A DNA stretch of 64,000 nt from Octopus sinensis (Eukaryota): assembly GCF_006345805.1 (NCBI RefSeq), contig NC_042998.1:197408001-197472000 (forward strand), written 5' to 3'. This document shows positions 1 to 11,139 of the stretch, one piece after another (within the stretch, counting starts at the first letter, position 1; every line of letters begins with the position of its first letter). The notes below the pieces were generated by a model. That model was not told the DNA's origin and made no database searches. It saw nothing but the letters and a program-made list of their open reading frames with translations. The position numbers and the translations under genes are program-made.

Positions 1-348
1 TACTTTAAAGAGATTGTAGCGAACTGACAAACATATGCAAATTGAAATTAAATACAGACAAAAACATTAAAGGGAAAAGAATTTGCATTTTACTTGTGTT
101 TGCCTTAAATAATTGTAAATAATAATTTAATGTAAATTAAATATACAAGAGTCAAGACTATTGAAAAGGTTGCAAGATGTAACGAAAATTTTAGGAAAAT
201 AAAAATAAGAAATAAATGGAAATTTTACCAGTGAGTGTGTTAAATTATAAGGCACTAAAAGAGAATGACTCTCTCCAGATACAATTAAATATACACCATT
301 TTATGAGAAATGAGCATTAATGTTTAATAATTAATGTTATAAAGTTTA

Positions 349-776
349 ATAAGGGGCTCATATTTCACCCCTCCTCCTCCAATTTTAAATTTTGAACTTT
401 TTCATCCAATTATCTATTTATCCGTGTTCATTTATTCATAAAATATATTTGTCAGCTAAATGTGGCATTCCTATAGAAGATGGTGTTACTGTTATCTCTT
501 TATGCACACATATCTATATGCTAACTGAATTTTAAAATTTTGAAAACGTGGTTTCTTGTATATTTGGAATCTCCACCATCTAAAAGATAGGAAAAAAATT
601 TTTTGAAAAAGTTCAAAATTTTAAGTGGGTGGGGAGTGGTGGTGGTGGGGGAGTTGGGGTTAAATTTCTTTTTTTGCATATTCGTAATCTCCAACATCTC
701 AAACGTAGGAATATGAAAAATTTTTTCAAACAAATACATTTTTCAAGGAGAGGTGTGAAACTGCATTAGTCCCATA
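349..776. mobile_element. Possible non-autonomous DNA transposon remnant with imperfect inverted repeats
   Basis: aattttaaattttgaactttttca (~381-404) is the reverse complement of tgaaaaagttcaaaattttaa (~604-624); termini are loosely inverted; no TSD found. Confidence 0.3.
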
Positions 777-787
777 TACACATATAT

Positions 788-802
788 ATGTATTTACATG
801 TA

Positions 803-864
<62 letters not shown>

Positions 865-975
865 CCTACCTACCTACCTACCTACCTACCTACCTACCAA
901 CCTACCTTTCTCTCACACTGACACCTATCTTTCTATCTATCTACCTATCTATCTATCTGTCTGTCTGTCTGTCTA

Positions 976-1015
<40 letters not shown>

Positions 1016-1050
1016 TCATCATCACCACAACCACCACCACCACCACCACC
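788..1050. repeat. Compound (TCTA)/(CCTA)/(TCTG)/(CAC) microsatellite
   Basis: Direct inspection. Confidence 0.95.
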
Positions 1051-2330
1051 ATCATCATCATTTTACGTCCATTTTCTATGCTGGTATGGCTCGGATGGTT
1101 TGACTGAAACCTGGCAAGCTGGGGAGCTGCACCAAGTTCCAGTCTGATCTGGCATACTTTCTACAGCTGGATGCCCTTCCTGATGCCAACCACCCCATAA
1201 GTGTAGTGGGTACTTTTTACATGCTGCTGGCACAGGTGCCACTTACAAAACTCTGGCATTGGCCATGACTACAATCTCACCCGGCTTCATAGGTCTTCTC
1301 TGGCACAGTATATTACCAAAGGTCTTGGTCACTTGCCATTACTTCTGTGAGGCCCAATGTTCAAAGATCATGCTTTACCACCTCGTCCCATATCTTCCTT
1401 GGTCTTCCTCTTCCACAGGTTCCCTCCACCGTTAGAGATCAGCACTTCTTTACACAGCTGTCCTCACATCACATGGCCATACCAGCACAGTTGTTTCTCT
1501 TGCACACCACATCTGATGCTTCTCGTGTCCAACTTTTCTCTCACACTGACATTACACATCCAGCAAAGCACACTAGTTTCATTTTTTTCAAGCTGTTGCT
1601 TCCCCTCAGTGATCTCAGCCCATGTTTCACTGACGTGTAGCATAGCTCTTTGCACACAAGCATCATACAATCTGCCTTTCACTCTGAGGGAGAGGCCTTT
1701 TGTTACCAGCAGAGGTAGGAGATCTCTGAACTTTGCCCAGCCTATTCTTATTCTAGCACCTATACTCTCAGACCATCCACCTCTGCTACTGACTCGGTCA
1801 CCAAGGTAACAAAAGCTATCAACTACTTCTAGTTTTCCCCATTGGCATTTGACGGTGTCTATTTTCTGTATATTTTTGGTGTTAATTGTACCTGTGCACA
1901 TTCCACATACTATTTTGCTTGTTAGCCTTCCTCTGATATTGCAGTTCCTCTTATGTGTCCATAGCTTATACTGAGTACATCTTATGAAGTTACTACCTAT
2001 GCCTTTTCTACAGGTTGAGCAGAGCCATCTACCTAAAAGGATTTGTGATTTGTCTGCTTTCCTACTGACTAAGACTTTAGTTTTAACTCTAAGGCGCATT
2101 GATTTTAGACCCTCCTTCCATGTATGTATTTATAATATATATAAATGTATATATGTGTATGACCCTCCTTCCATGCCTAAAATTTCTTCTCTAGTTCTGG
2201 CAGTGATTCAGCTATGATGACAAGGTCCTCAGCATAGAGGAACTCCCAGGGGCAACTTGTCTTAAATTCCTCTGTTATTACCTGGAGGAGAATGGAGAAC
2301 AAGAAGGGGGCTGAAGATTGATCCTTGATG
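1050..2330 (-). mobile_element. 5'-truncated RTE-clade LINE: RT core to C-terminus, 3' UTR and (GAT)n tail
   Basis: Minus strand reads HQGSIFSPFLF...PWEFLYAEDLVIIAES (2330-2190), then KTKVLVS, a Cys/His cluster, LEVVDSFCYLGD, LCWYGHV, and WDEVVKHDL; decayed. Confidence 0.92.
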
Positions 2331-2337
2331 TATATAT

Positions 2338-2637
2338 ATCATCATCATCATCATCATCATCATTTAGCGTCTGCTTTCCATGCTAGCATGGGTTGGACGG
2401 TTCAACTGGGGTCTGTGAAGCCAGAAGGCTGCATCGGCCCAGTCTGATCTGGCAGTGTTTCTACAGCTGGATGCCCTTCCTAACGCCAACCACTCTGTGA
2501 GTGTAGTGGGTGCTTTTTACGTGCCACCGACACGGAGGCCAGTCGGGGCGGCATTGGCAACGGCCACGATCGGCTGGTTCGCTTACTTGTCACCGGCACT
2601 GGTATCACAGCTGCAATTTCTAGCTGTGATACCAGCT

Positions 2638-2640
<3 letters not shown>
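2338..2640 (-). mobile_element. RTE 3' UTR copy (RTE-tail family)
   Basis: (CAT)n tail + gctagcatgggttggacgg + ctggatgcccttcc + gtgccacc repeat unit; inserted into the older RTE. Confidence 0.85.
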
Positions 2641-2696
<56 letters not shown>

Positions 2697-2951
2697 GAAA
2701 TATGTTATAAAAAGAAAATATAAAATACATGTGGAAATGTAAGGGTAAAATATGAAAAAATCAACGAAAATGCACATTGCAAATAAAAAAAGGCTATTTA
2801 TGACAGGTAACGACAAATATATACATTTAGATTGATTGAGGTAGTAATACGAGTCATAAAAGTCATTATTATGAGATGATTATAAGATGATAATAAAGTA
2901 AGAGAACAAAACGGACCATGGTTACGCAAAGCTATTCATTGTTTATATATA

Positions 2952-2986
<35 letters not shown>

Positions 2987-3027
2987 ATCATACACATATA
3001 TACATTTATATATATTACATATACATA

Positions 3028-3366
3028 CAGGAGTTGGACAAAATAATGGAGACACCTGGCATCATATTTTCATAATTTTCAGATATCTATAAAACCATCA
3101 AAAGCTTGTTTATTTTCAAGTTTTTTTGATTTATTATTTGTGTTGCTTAATATGTTTTACTAAAATTGATGTTTCTTTTCAGATATCATCAGAAAAAAGT
3201 AATTAAAATTCATGAAAATGACAGATCTATCAGACTTTCAAAGAGGTCAAACTGTTGGTGCTCGTATGGCAGGTGCTAGCATAACAAAAACAGCCGAAAT
3301 GTTTGGTGTAATAAAATATATTTGTTTGAAATTTTAAGGTGCTTCCATTATTTTGTCCAACCCCTG
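3028..3366 (+). mobile_element. Internally deleted Tc1-like transposon
   Basis: TIRs cagg(a/g)gttggacaaaataatgga, TA on both sides; transposase N-terminus MTDLSDFQRGQTVGARMAGASITKTAEMFGV from ATG 3218. Confidence 0.9.
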
Positions 3367-3713
3367 TACATACAGGCACTGGCATGGCTGTGTGGTTCGG
3401 GCTGACCAAAGCCTTGTGAGCGTATTTGGTAGTTGGAAACTGATATATATATATATGTGTGTGTATATATGTGTGTATGTATGTGTGTGTGTGTATATAT
3501 ATATATAATATATATATATATCATCATCATCATCATCATCATCATCGTTTAACATCCGCTTTCCGATGATGATGATGATGATGACGATGATATATATATA
3601 TATATATATATATAACACACACATATATATATATATACACACACACACACATACATACACACATATATACACACACACATATATATATATGTATGTATGT
3701 ATACACACATACA

Positions 3714-4105
3714 CAGTAATCCCTTGACTATCATGGGTGTTACATTCCAAAACCTCCTGCGATAGGTGAAAATCTGCAAAGTAGAAACAGTACTGTATAT
3801 ATTTTACTATTATTTTTATAATTTGTATATATAGGTTTTATTATAAAATCACCATGGAGGAATCGATGTAAGCTTAAGTAATAAACCGTAATAGGTGAAC
3901 CATGATAGGTGAACCACGATAGGTGAACCATGATAGGTGAACCATGATAGGTGAACCACGATAGGTGAACCATGATAGGTGAACCATGATAGGTGAACCA
4001 TGATAGGTGAACCACAATAGGTGAACCATGATAGGTGAACCTTGATAGGTGAACCATGATAGGTGAACTGCAATAGGTGAATCGCATTATGGTGAGGGAT
4101 TACTG
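3714..4105. mobile_element. Tigger/pogo-like MITE containing a 14-nt tandem array
   Basis: Terminal cagtaatccct / agggattactg, TA at the right end; 14 copies of ataggtgaaccatg at 3891-4082. Confidence 0.75.
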
Positions 4106-4117
4106 TATATATATATA

Positions 4118-4430
4118 CTAGCAGCTAATCCCGGTTTCACTTGGTCAGCTTGGATGTACACACACATATATTCACATAGAGTTGAAACGCTGTTTGATTT
4201 ATTATTTTCAGTGTACAATTTTCATCATCCCACTACCAAGTATGACATCACCCCTTTCTTCCTTATTCATTTATCACCCCTTCCTTTCTCATTCATAAAT
4301 ACAAGAGTATTATTATAGTAGATTATATTGGTAACCATGGGAACTATGGAAAAATACAAAGCCCAGCATCACCACCGGATCATTCTACACGTCTGTGTAA
4401 TTTTTCGCACAGTTCCACCCATCTCATATT
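4118..4430 (+). mobile_element. Possible non-autonomous Helitron-like element fragment
   Basis: Starts actagcagctaatcccggtttc, resembling the ACTAG 5' ends of small Helitrons from memory; the internal ccttattcatttatcaccccttcctttctc recurs at ~12473-12505. Confidence 0.3.
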
Positions 4431-5071
4431 GATTTCCTTTTCCTTTTATCCTTTTACTTGTTTCAGTCATTTGACTGCGGCCATGCTGAAGCACCGCCTT
4501 TATAGGTTTATAAAGTTAATCACATTAAAACTCAGTACATAACAGGATAATTATTTTACTGATCATCATCATCATCATCATTTAACATCCGCTTTCTATG
4601 CTAGCATGGGTTGGACGAAGAAAAAATGAAAGTGAAAGATGGGTTTTAACTACACCTTGGGTATATCTGTAACAGGGTTTCTTGTGTGGCAGGCATCAAG
4701 ATCCGGATATCTCATGACTTCCCTTCCATCAGTTTTGGATCTCGGAAAGAGTTTATAGGTTCTGCTTTCTTCTTCCTCCTTGTATTTGTCATCGTTGGCG
4801 TCATTGTCGTTTTCACTTTTATCACCAGCACCAGCACCAGCCGTCCAAGAATTTGGACCTGGAGATCTCCATTTCCAGCGACTTCGAGGACCAACCACCT
4901 CCCAGTGGTGTTGAGCATCAATGAAGAACCCTCAACTACAAGACAACCAAAGTTTTTTTTCCCAAGGTCTGGGGTCTCCTGCCCCTAAGCCCTAGACCAT
5001 CACCTAACCATCTTGTTGCTTAACAACAATAACAACAGTGGCGGCAGCAGCAGCAGTAGTAGTAGTAGTAA

Positions 5072-5107
<36 letters not shown>

Positions 5108-5302
5108 CAGCCGTTCAAGAATTTGGACCTGAAGATCTCCATTTCCAGTGACTTCGAGGGCCACCTCCCAGTGGTGTCGGGCGTCAATGAAGAGCCTTTG
5201 ACTACAACAAGACGACCAAAGTTTTTTTTTTCCCAAGGTCTGGGGTCTCCCGTCCCTAAGCCCTAGACCATCACCTAATCACCCTTATCTGTCTTGTTGC
5301 TT

Positions 5303-5351
<49 letters not shown>

Positions 5352-5891
5352 GCAGCAGCAGCAGCAGCACCAGCACCTGTGCCACTACCACCACCACCAC
5401 AACCATCGCCACACTCTCCTCATTCTTTCCCACTTCTCTCCCTCTCTCTCTCTCCCCTCCCCCTCCTTCGTAAAGCGAACTTAACAAATTCCCAAACAAA
5501 AATTCCCAACCGTGGGGTTTGAAATAAGTACATAAATGGATGTAAACAATCATTAAGCCATTTAGTACAGCATTTTGTTATTTCTGTAACTGCCAACTTT
5601 TCTAAATATACTAATTATACAATTAATATGGTATCATCTTCTATATTTAGCCATGTTGGCTATCACGTGAGAGGTACAGAATGATGACACAATTAAGTGT
5701 TGTCTTAACAATCAATGGGTCATATTTATCTATTCTATCTTTGTCCTTACACTGTATCCACGGAAGGGTACTAACTTGAAATGGCCCTGTCTACTAAGCT
5801 GCAAATAGGTGACATGCAATGACACAATACATTTGCATAAACTAGTGATTGCAAACCTTTTTAGCTTGGGGTGTCAGAATTTAAAATTTCA

Positions 5892-6125
5892 AGGCGGCGA
5901 GCTGGCAGAATCGTTAGCACGCCGGGCGAAATGCTTTGTGGTATTTCGTCCGCCGCTGCGTTCTGAGTTCTAATTCCGCCGAGGTCGACTTTGCCTTTCA
6001 TCCTTTCCGGGTCTATTAAATAAGTACCAGTTACGCACTGGGGTTGATGCAATCGACTTAATCCTTTTGTCTGTCCTTGTTTGTCCCCTCTGTGTGTAGC
6101 CCCTTGTGGGCAGTAAAGAAATAAG
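5892..6125 (+). mobile_element. tRNA-derived SINE family B, monomer
   Basis: A box (ggcagaatcgttag), B box (gagttctaattcc), gcctttcatcc core; 14-bp TSD gaatttaaaatttc. Confidence 0.9.
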
Positions 6126-6536
6126 AATTTAAAATTTCTTTAATTATCCTCCTTGTCCTCATCATTATAAGCTCAAGCAGAGCTGTGTGGTTATCGCTGC
6201 ATGTCACCTATTTGCAGCTTAGTAGACAGGGCCATTTCAAGTTAGTACCCTTCCATGGATACAGTGTAATGACAAAGATAGAATTTATAAATATGACTCA
6301 TCGATTGTCCAGTCACAGTATTTCCTTCAAAGAAAAAGGGACCATAAACCTTGTCCTGAGACACAGCACAGAAGATGTTCACCTTAGGGGAATCTCTTTC
6401 ATTCTCAACTGTTTTTTGTGGGTGCTCTGTTCCTCAAATACACACATTGCAATGATTGGCCATGTCTCTCAAGCAAAAAGTCGCTTCATCACTAAAAATT
6501 AAATGTGAAATGAAGACTTTGTCTTCCACCATCTCC

Positions 6537-7336
6537 AGCATCATCATCATCATCATCATCATCATCGTTTAACGTCCGTTCTCCATGCTAGCATGGGTTG
6601 GACGGTTCGACCGGGGATCTAGGAAGCCAGAAGGCTGCACCAGGCTCCAGTCTGATCTGGCAATGTTTCTACAGCTGGATGCCCTTCCTAACACCAACCA
6701 CTCCGTGAGTGTAGTGGGTGCTTTTTACGTGCCACCTGCACAGGTGCCAGGCGAGGCTGGCAACAGCCACGGTCGGATTGGTGTATTTTATGTGCCACCA
6801 GCACGGAAGCCAGTTGAGGCGGCGCTGGCATCGGCCACGAGTCGGATAGTGCTTTTTACGTACCACCAGACCAGGGATCCTGGCTGGTTCAATTCGATTT
6901 CGATTTTGATTTCGCTTGCCCCAACATGTCTTCGCAAGCAAGCCTGTCGTCGGATGAGGTTCTATATCGACTTCGCTTGCCTCAACAGGTCTTTGTGTCC
7001 AAGGGAGGAAAGGCATTCATAAGTGGGCTGGGCTCACTTGTCCTGCCTGGTCTTCTCACGTACAGCATATTTCCAAAGGTCTCGGTCGCTGGTCATTTCC
7101 TCAGTGAGACCTAAAGTTCGAAGGTCGTGCTTCACCACCTCGTCCCAGGTTTTCCTGCGTCTACCTCTTCCACGGGTTCCCTCAACTGCTAGGGATTGGC
7201 ACTTTCTCACACACCTATCTTCATCCATTCTCGCCACATGACCATACCAGTGCAATCGTCTCTCTTGCACACCACAACTGATGCTTCTTAGGTACAACAT
7301 TTCTCTCAAGGTACTAACGCTCTGTCGAGTAAGTAC
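6537..7336 (-). mobile_element. RTE LINE 3' end: ORF C-terminus joined to full 3' UTR
   Basis: ...RLHWYGHVARMDEDRCVRKC...WDEVVKHDLRTLGLTEEMTSDRDLWKYAVREKTRQDK*, then UTR, repeat units and (GAT)n tail. Confidence 0.93.
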
Positions 7337-7846
7337 CTTTTTTGCTATGGCTGTATTACTTTTGCCTCCTTTATGTAGGGTTATGATTGTATTTCGGTCT
7401 ATAGCCATTATCTAATATATAAACTTGAATATATTTCATCTGAAACAAAAAGAAGATATTTTGTTTTTGGATTTGGCTTGCAAGATTCTTTATATGAGTT
7501 TGTGTGTTGAAGCATATTCTTTTGTGTCTGGGGAGAGTCATTTTCTTTTTGTGCCTTATAATGCAACACACTCACCAGTAAAATTTCCACTTTTTTCTTA
7601 TTTATATTTTCCTAAAATTTTCGTTTCGTCTTACAACCTTTTCAATAGTCTTGACTATTTTACCGGTGAGTGTGTTACATTATAAGGCACAAAAAGAAAA
7701 TGACTCTCTCCAGACACAACAGAAAAAGAAGATACACTAAGCTTTTATAATGATGTATAATTTTCAAATCTTATCACATTTATTGATAGTTATTATTATT
7801 AAAGCCTGAATCTTCGGTTGCCTTAATTTCAGGACACTCTGTGTAT
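7333..7846 (-). mobile_element. Tc1-like transposon 5' remnant
   Basis: MAIDRNTIITLHKGGKSNTAIAKK (ATG 7408) resembles a Tc1 HTH start; left end tacacagagtgtcctgaaattaagg; cut off by the RTE copy. Confidence 0.6.
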
Positions 7847-8304
7847 ATAATTATGTCCATTTATATATAGAATTATTGATGAAGATGACAATTATGCTAC
7901 TAAGATATTTTAATGAGTCTAAGAAGCGTCCTCAAACACTTAAGTTGTTTACGTCAAATTGGATGATAAGAGAAGCTATCAAATCAGTGACCCTTGTTGC
8001 TAGTGAATGTAAATAAAGAAATACCTGACAGAATTTACCAGGATAGAAGAGGGCAGAATTGTTAAGAGTGTTGGATAAAATTCTTGCTGTCAATTTTACC
8101 TTTTATCCTACAGGGGTAAAAAAAATAATAATAAAATGCCAGTCAATTACTGAGGTTGATGTGATTGACCATAGCCGCTCACAAAATATGTGGATTTGGC
8201 CTATGTCAGAAATCATTTAAAAAATATTTACAGTAAAATCATCATCATTGTCGTCATCATCATCAATCATTATCAATCATCAATCATCATCATCAATCAT
8301 TATC

Positions 8305-8342
<38 letters not shown>

Positions 8343-8597
8343 ATCCTCCTCCTCCTCCTCCTCCTCATCATCATCATCATCATTTTGCACCCACTTTGAT
8401 GACATGTATTGAAGAGAGATCATTAAGCTCTGAGCCAGATCTAATTTGGAGTTGCTGCTCAGTTAGATAGGACGAGGGCCGCATTTTGCTTCTGCATGTC
8501 ATTTCTGGCTTGTTTAGGAAGATGACTACAAGGAAAGTTAGCCTGATAAAAATGATGAGAAAACAGGAAAAAACAGGTCCAATATCAAATTATTTAA

Positions 8598-9257
8598 CCC
8601 TTTAGCTTTTAAACTGGGTATGTGTGGCCAAAGTATTCTATCGGTTTTATATTTATACCAACCAGATCTGGTCTTTCACACCTACCCTACACTGCCACTC
8701 TAAAAATAAATAACCACATAACTGGCTTCCGTGCCATGGCACATAAAAGGGCACCATTCGAGCATGATCATTACCAGCGATGCCTTACTGGCACCTGTGC
8801 CGGTGGCATGTGTAAAAAGATTCGAGCGAGGTCATTGCCAGTACCGCATGACTGGCCCCCATACCAGTGGCACGTAAAAAGCACCCACTACACTCTCGGA
8901 GTGGTTGGCATTAGGAAGGGCATCCAGCTGTAGAAACACTGCCAGATCAAGACTGGAGCCTGGTGCAGCCATCTGGTTCGCCAGCCCTCAGTCAAAATCG
9001 TCCAACCCATGCTAGCATGGAAAGCGGATGTTAAACGATGATGATGATGATGATGACATCATTGATATCTTGAAGTTAAGAGATAAACAAGATAATAGGT
9101 ATTAACACTTTAGCTGTCCCAGTTATAAGTTACAGCTACAATATCCTTAACTGGACACTAAATGAACTGACCAAAATAGATAGGAAAACATGATTAATTC
9201 AAAACAATGTGAATAAATTAGCATTACATTTGACAGGATAATTTGAATGCTAAAGGG
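8598..9257. mobile_element. piggyBac-like MITE with nested RTE-tail copy
   Basis: TTAA-CCCTTTAGC...GCTAAAGGG-TTAA; a degraded relative lies at ~42992-43206. Confidence 0.8.
8725..9057 (+). mobile_element. RTE 3' UTR copy (variant subfamily with gattcgagcgaggtc unit)
   Basis: Conserved core and (GAT)n tail; the same variant occurs at 18231, 40255 and 43610. Confidence 0.85.
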
Positions 9258-9460
9258 TTAATTACTCTAACTAGAAAGATTGGTTTTATGTTTTGATCTA
9301 GAATAATACTCAGTGTATAAGAATAACAATGGGGAATAGATACAATAATCAGTGTAATGGTGTAAATGCGTGCTTAACAATTCCAAATAGTGTTATGATT
9401 AAATGTAAATGGCTGATAATTCAATGCTATACTGTTTAACAAGTGCTGTTGTGTAAAGAA

Positions 9461-9846
9461 GTGGAGGTGCAATGGCCCAGTGGTTAGGGCAGCGGACTCG
9501 CGGTCATAGGATCGTGGTTTCGATTCCCAAACCGAGCATTGTGAGTGTTTATTGAGCGAAAACACCTAAAGCTCCGCGAGGCTCCGGCAGGGGATGGTGG
9601 TGATCCCTGCTGTACTCTTTTCACCACAACTTTCTCTCACTCTTACTTCCTGTTTCTGTTGTACCTGTACTTCAAAGGGCCGGCCTTGTCACTCTCTGTG
9701 TCACGCTGAATATCCCCGAGAACTACGTTAAGGGTACACGTGTCTGTGGAGTGCACAGCCACTTACACGTTAATTTCACGAGCAGGCTGTTCCGTTGATT
9801 CGGATCAACCGGAACCCTTGTCGTCGTAACCGACGGAGTGCTTCCA
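9461..9846 (+). mobile_element. tRNA-derived SINE family D
   Basis: Head ggcccagtggttagggcagcggactcgcgg...ggtttcgattccc; 10-bp TSD tgtgtaaaga. Confidence 0.92.
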
Positions 9847-10215
9847 CATGTGTAAAGAGTGTTCTCAGAATATAACTGCCTAAGAATAGAAAAAGCATAA
9901 CAGTTTAAACATGCTCTTGACAAAATAGTTTATAAACAATTATTGTTTAATTAGAGCAGTCAATAAAAGTACGTAGATAACAGAAGAAAAGTGGCCGTTT
10001 TGATAACAGTTTGCATATGTTTGTGCTTATGCCAAATATAAAATTAGTCACATGAAAACTTGTAAGTATAGTGTTAGATGTGATGAGAGTTTGAAGTTTC
10101 ACAGTTTGTTGGGTTCTGCTGTATTCATCTCAGCACTGGCAAATGGTCAGAAAATAGTTCCTTAGAGTGAGGAAAAGCGGCTTACATTGATTCTTTCTGA
10201 AAAAGAATAACATGC

Positions 10216-10376
10216 CAGGAGTGGCTATGTGGTAAGTAGCTTGTTTACCAGCCACATGGTTCCGGGTTCAGTCCCACTGCGTGGCACCTTGGGCAAGTGT
10301 CTTCTGCTATAGCCTCGGGCCGACCAAAGCCTTGTGAGTGGATTTAGTAAATGGAAACTGAAAGAAGCCCGTTGTA

Positions 10377-10409
<33 letters not shown>

Positions 10410-10638
10410 GTGCGTGTGTGTTTGTGTGTCTGTGTTTGTCCCCCTAGCATTGCTTGACAACTGATGCTGGTGTGTTTATGTCCCCATCACTTAGCGGTTT
10501 GGCAAAAGAGACCGATAGAATAAGTACTGGGCTTACAAAAGAATAAGTCCCGGGTCAATTTGCTCGTCTAAAGGCGGTGCTCCAGCATGGCCACAGTCAA
10601 ATGACTGAAACAAGTAAAAGAGTAAAAGAGTAAAGAGT
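10216..10638 (+). mobile_element. tRNA-derived SINE family A (CORE-like centre, internal TA/TG microsatellite)
   Basis: A/B boxes gtggctatgtggtaag / ggttcagtccc; ccttgggcaagtgtctt motif; (AAAGAGT)n tail. Confidence 0.9.
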
Positions 10639-10859
10639 ATGCCAGAATTGACTGGATGAAAATTGCCAATTAAAACATGTGAGGAAATTTTATCAGTTGT
10701 TTCAACATTCAAGTAATAAGGTCATAGGACATTCAAGAAGCATCCATTCTTGCTGAAAGCAAGGCTGTAACAATAACAACTTGTTGGAAGCAAAATGGTC
10801 TGTGGGCCATGTATCTGTTTGTATGCATGTCTATATGTTTGTGTGTGACCTGGAACCAT

Positions 10860-11089
10860 CTGAACATGGCCGTTGCCAGCGCTGCCATGACTGACCTCTG
10901 TCCCAGTGGCATGTAAAAAGCACCCACTACACTCACGGAGTGGTTGGTGTTAGGAAGAGCATCCAGCTGTAGAAACACTGCCAGATCAGACTGGAGCCTG
11001 GTGCAGCCTCCTGGCTTCCCAGACCCCGGTTGAAGCGTCCAACCCATGCTAGCATGGAAAATGGATGTTAAACGATGATGATGATGATG
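10860..11089 (+). mobile_element. RTE 3' UTR copy
   Basis: Conserved core + (GAT)n tail. Confidence 0.85.
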
Positions 11090-11139
11090 TGAAAGAGGGA
11101 CAGAATAAGATTTAGTAAATACAGAAAAGAGACTAAGGG

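Noticed and set aside
9461-9540. tRNA-like sequences with A/B boxes in SINE families A, B and D
   Set aside because: Each continues into a SINE body, often with TSDs, and none forms a full cloverleaf with an acceptor stem; they are not tRNA genes.
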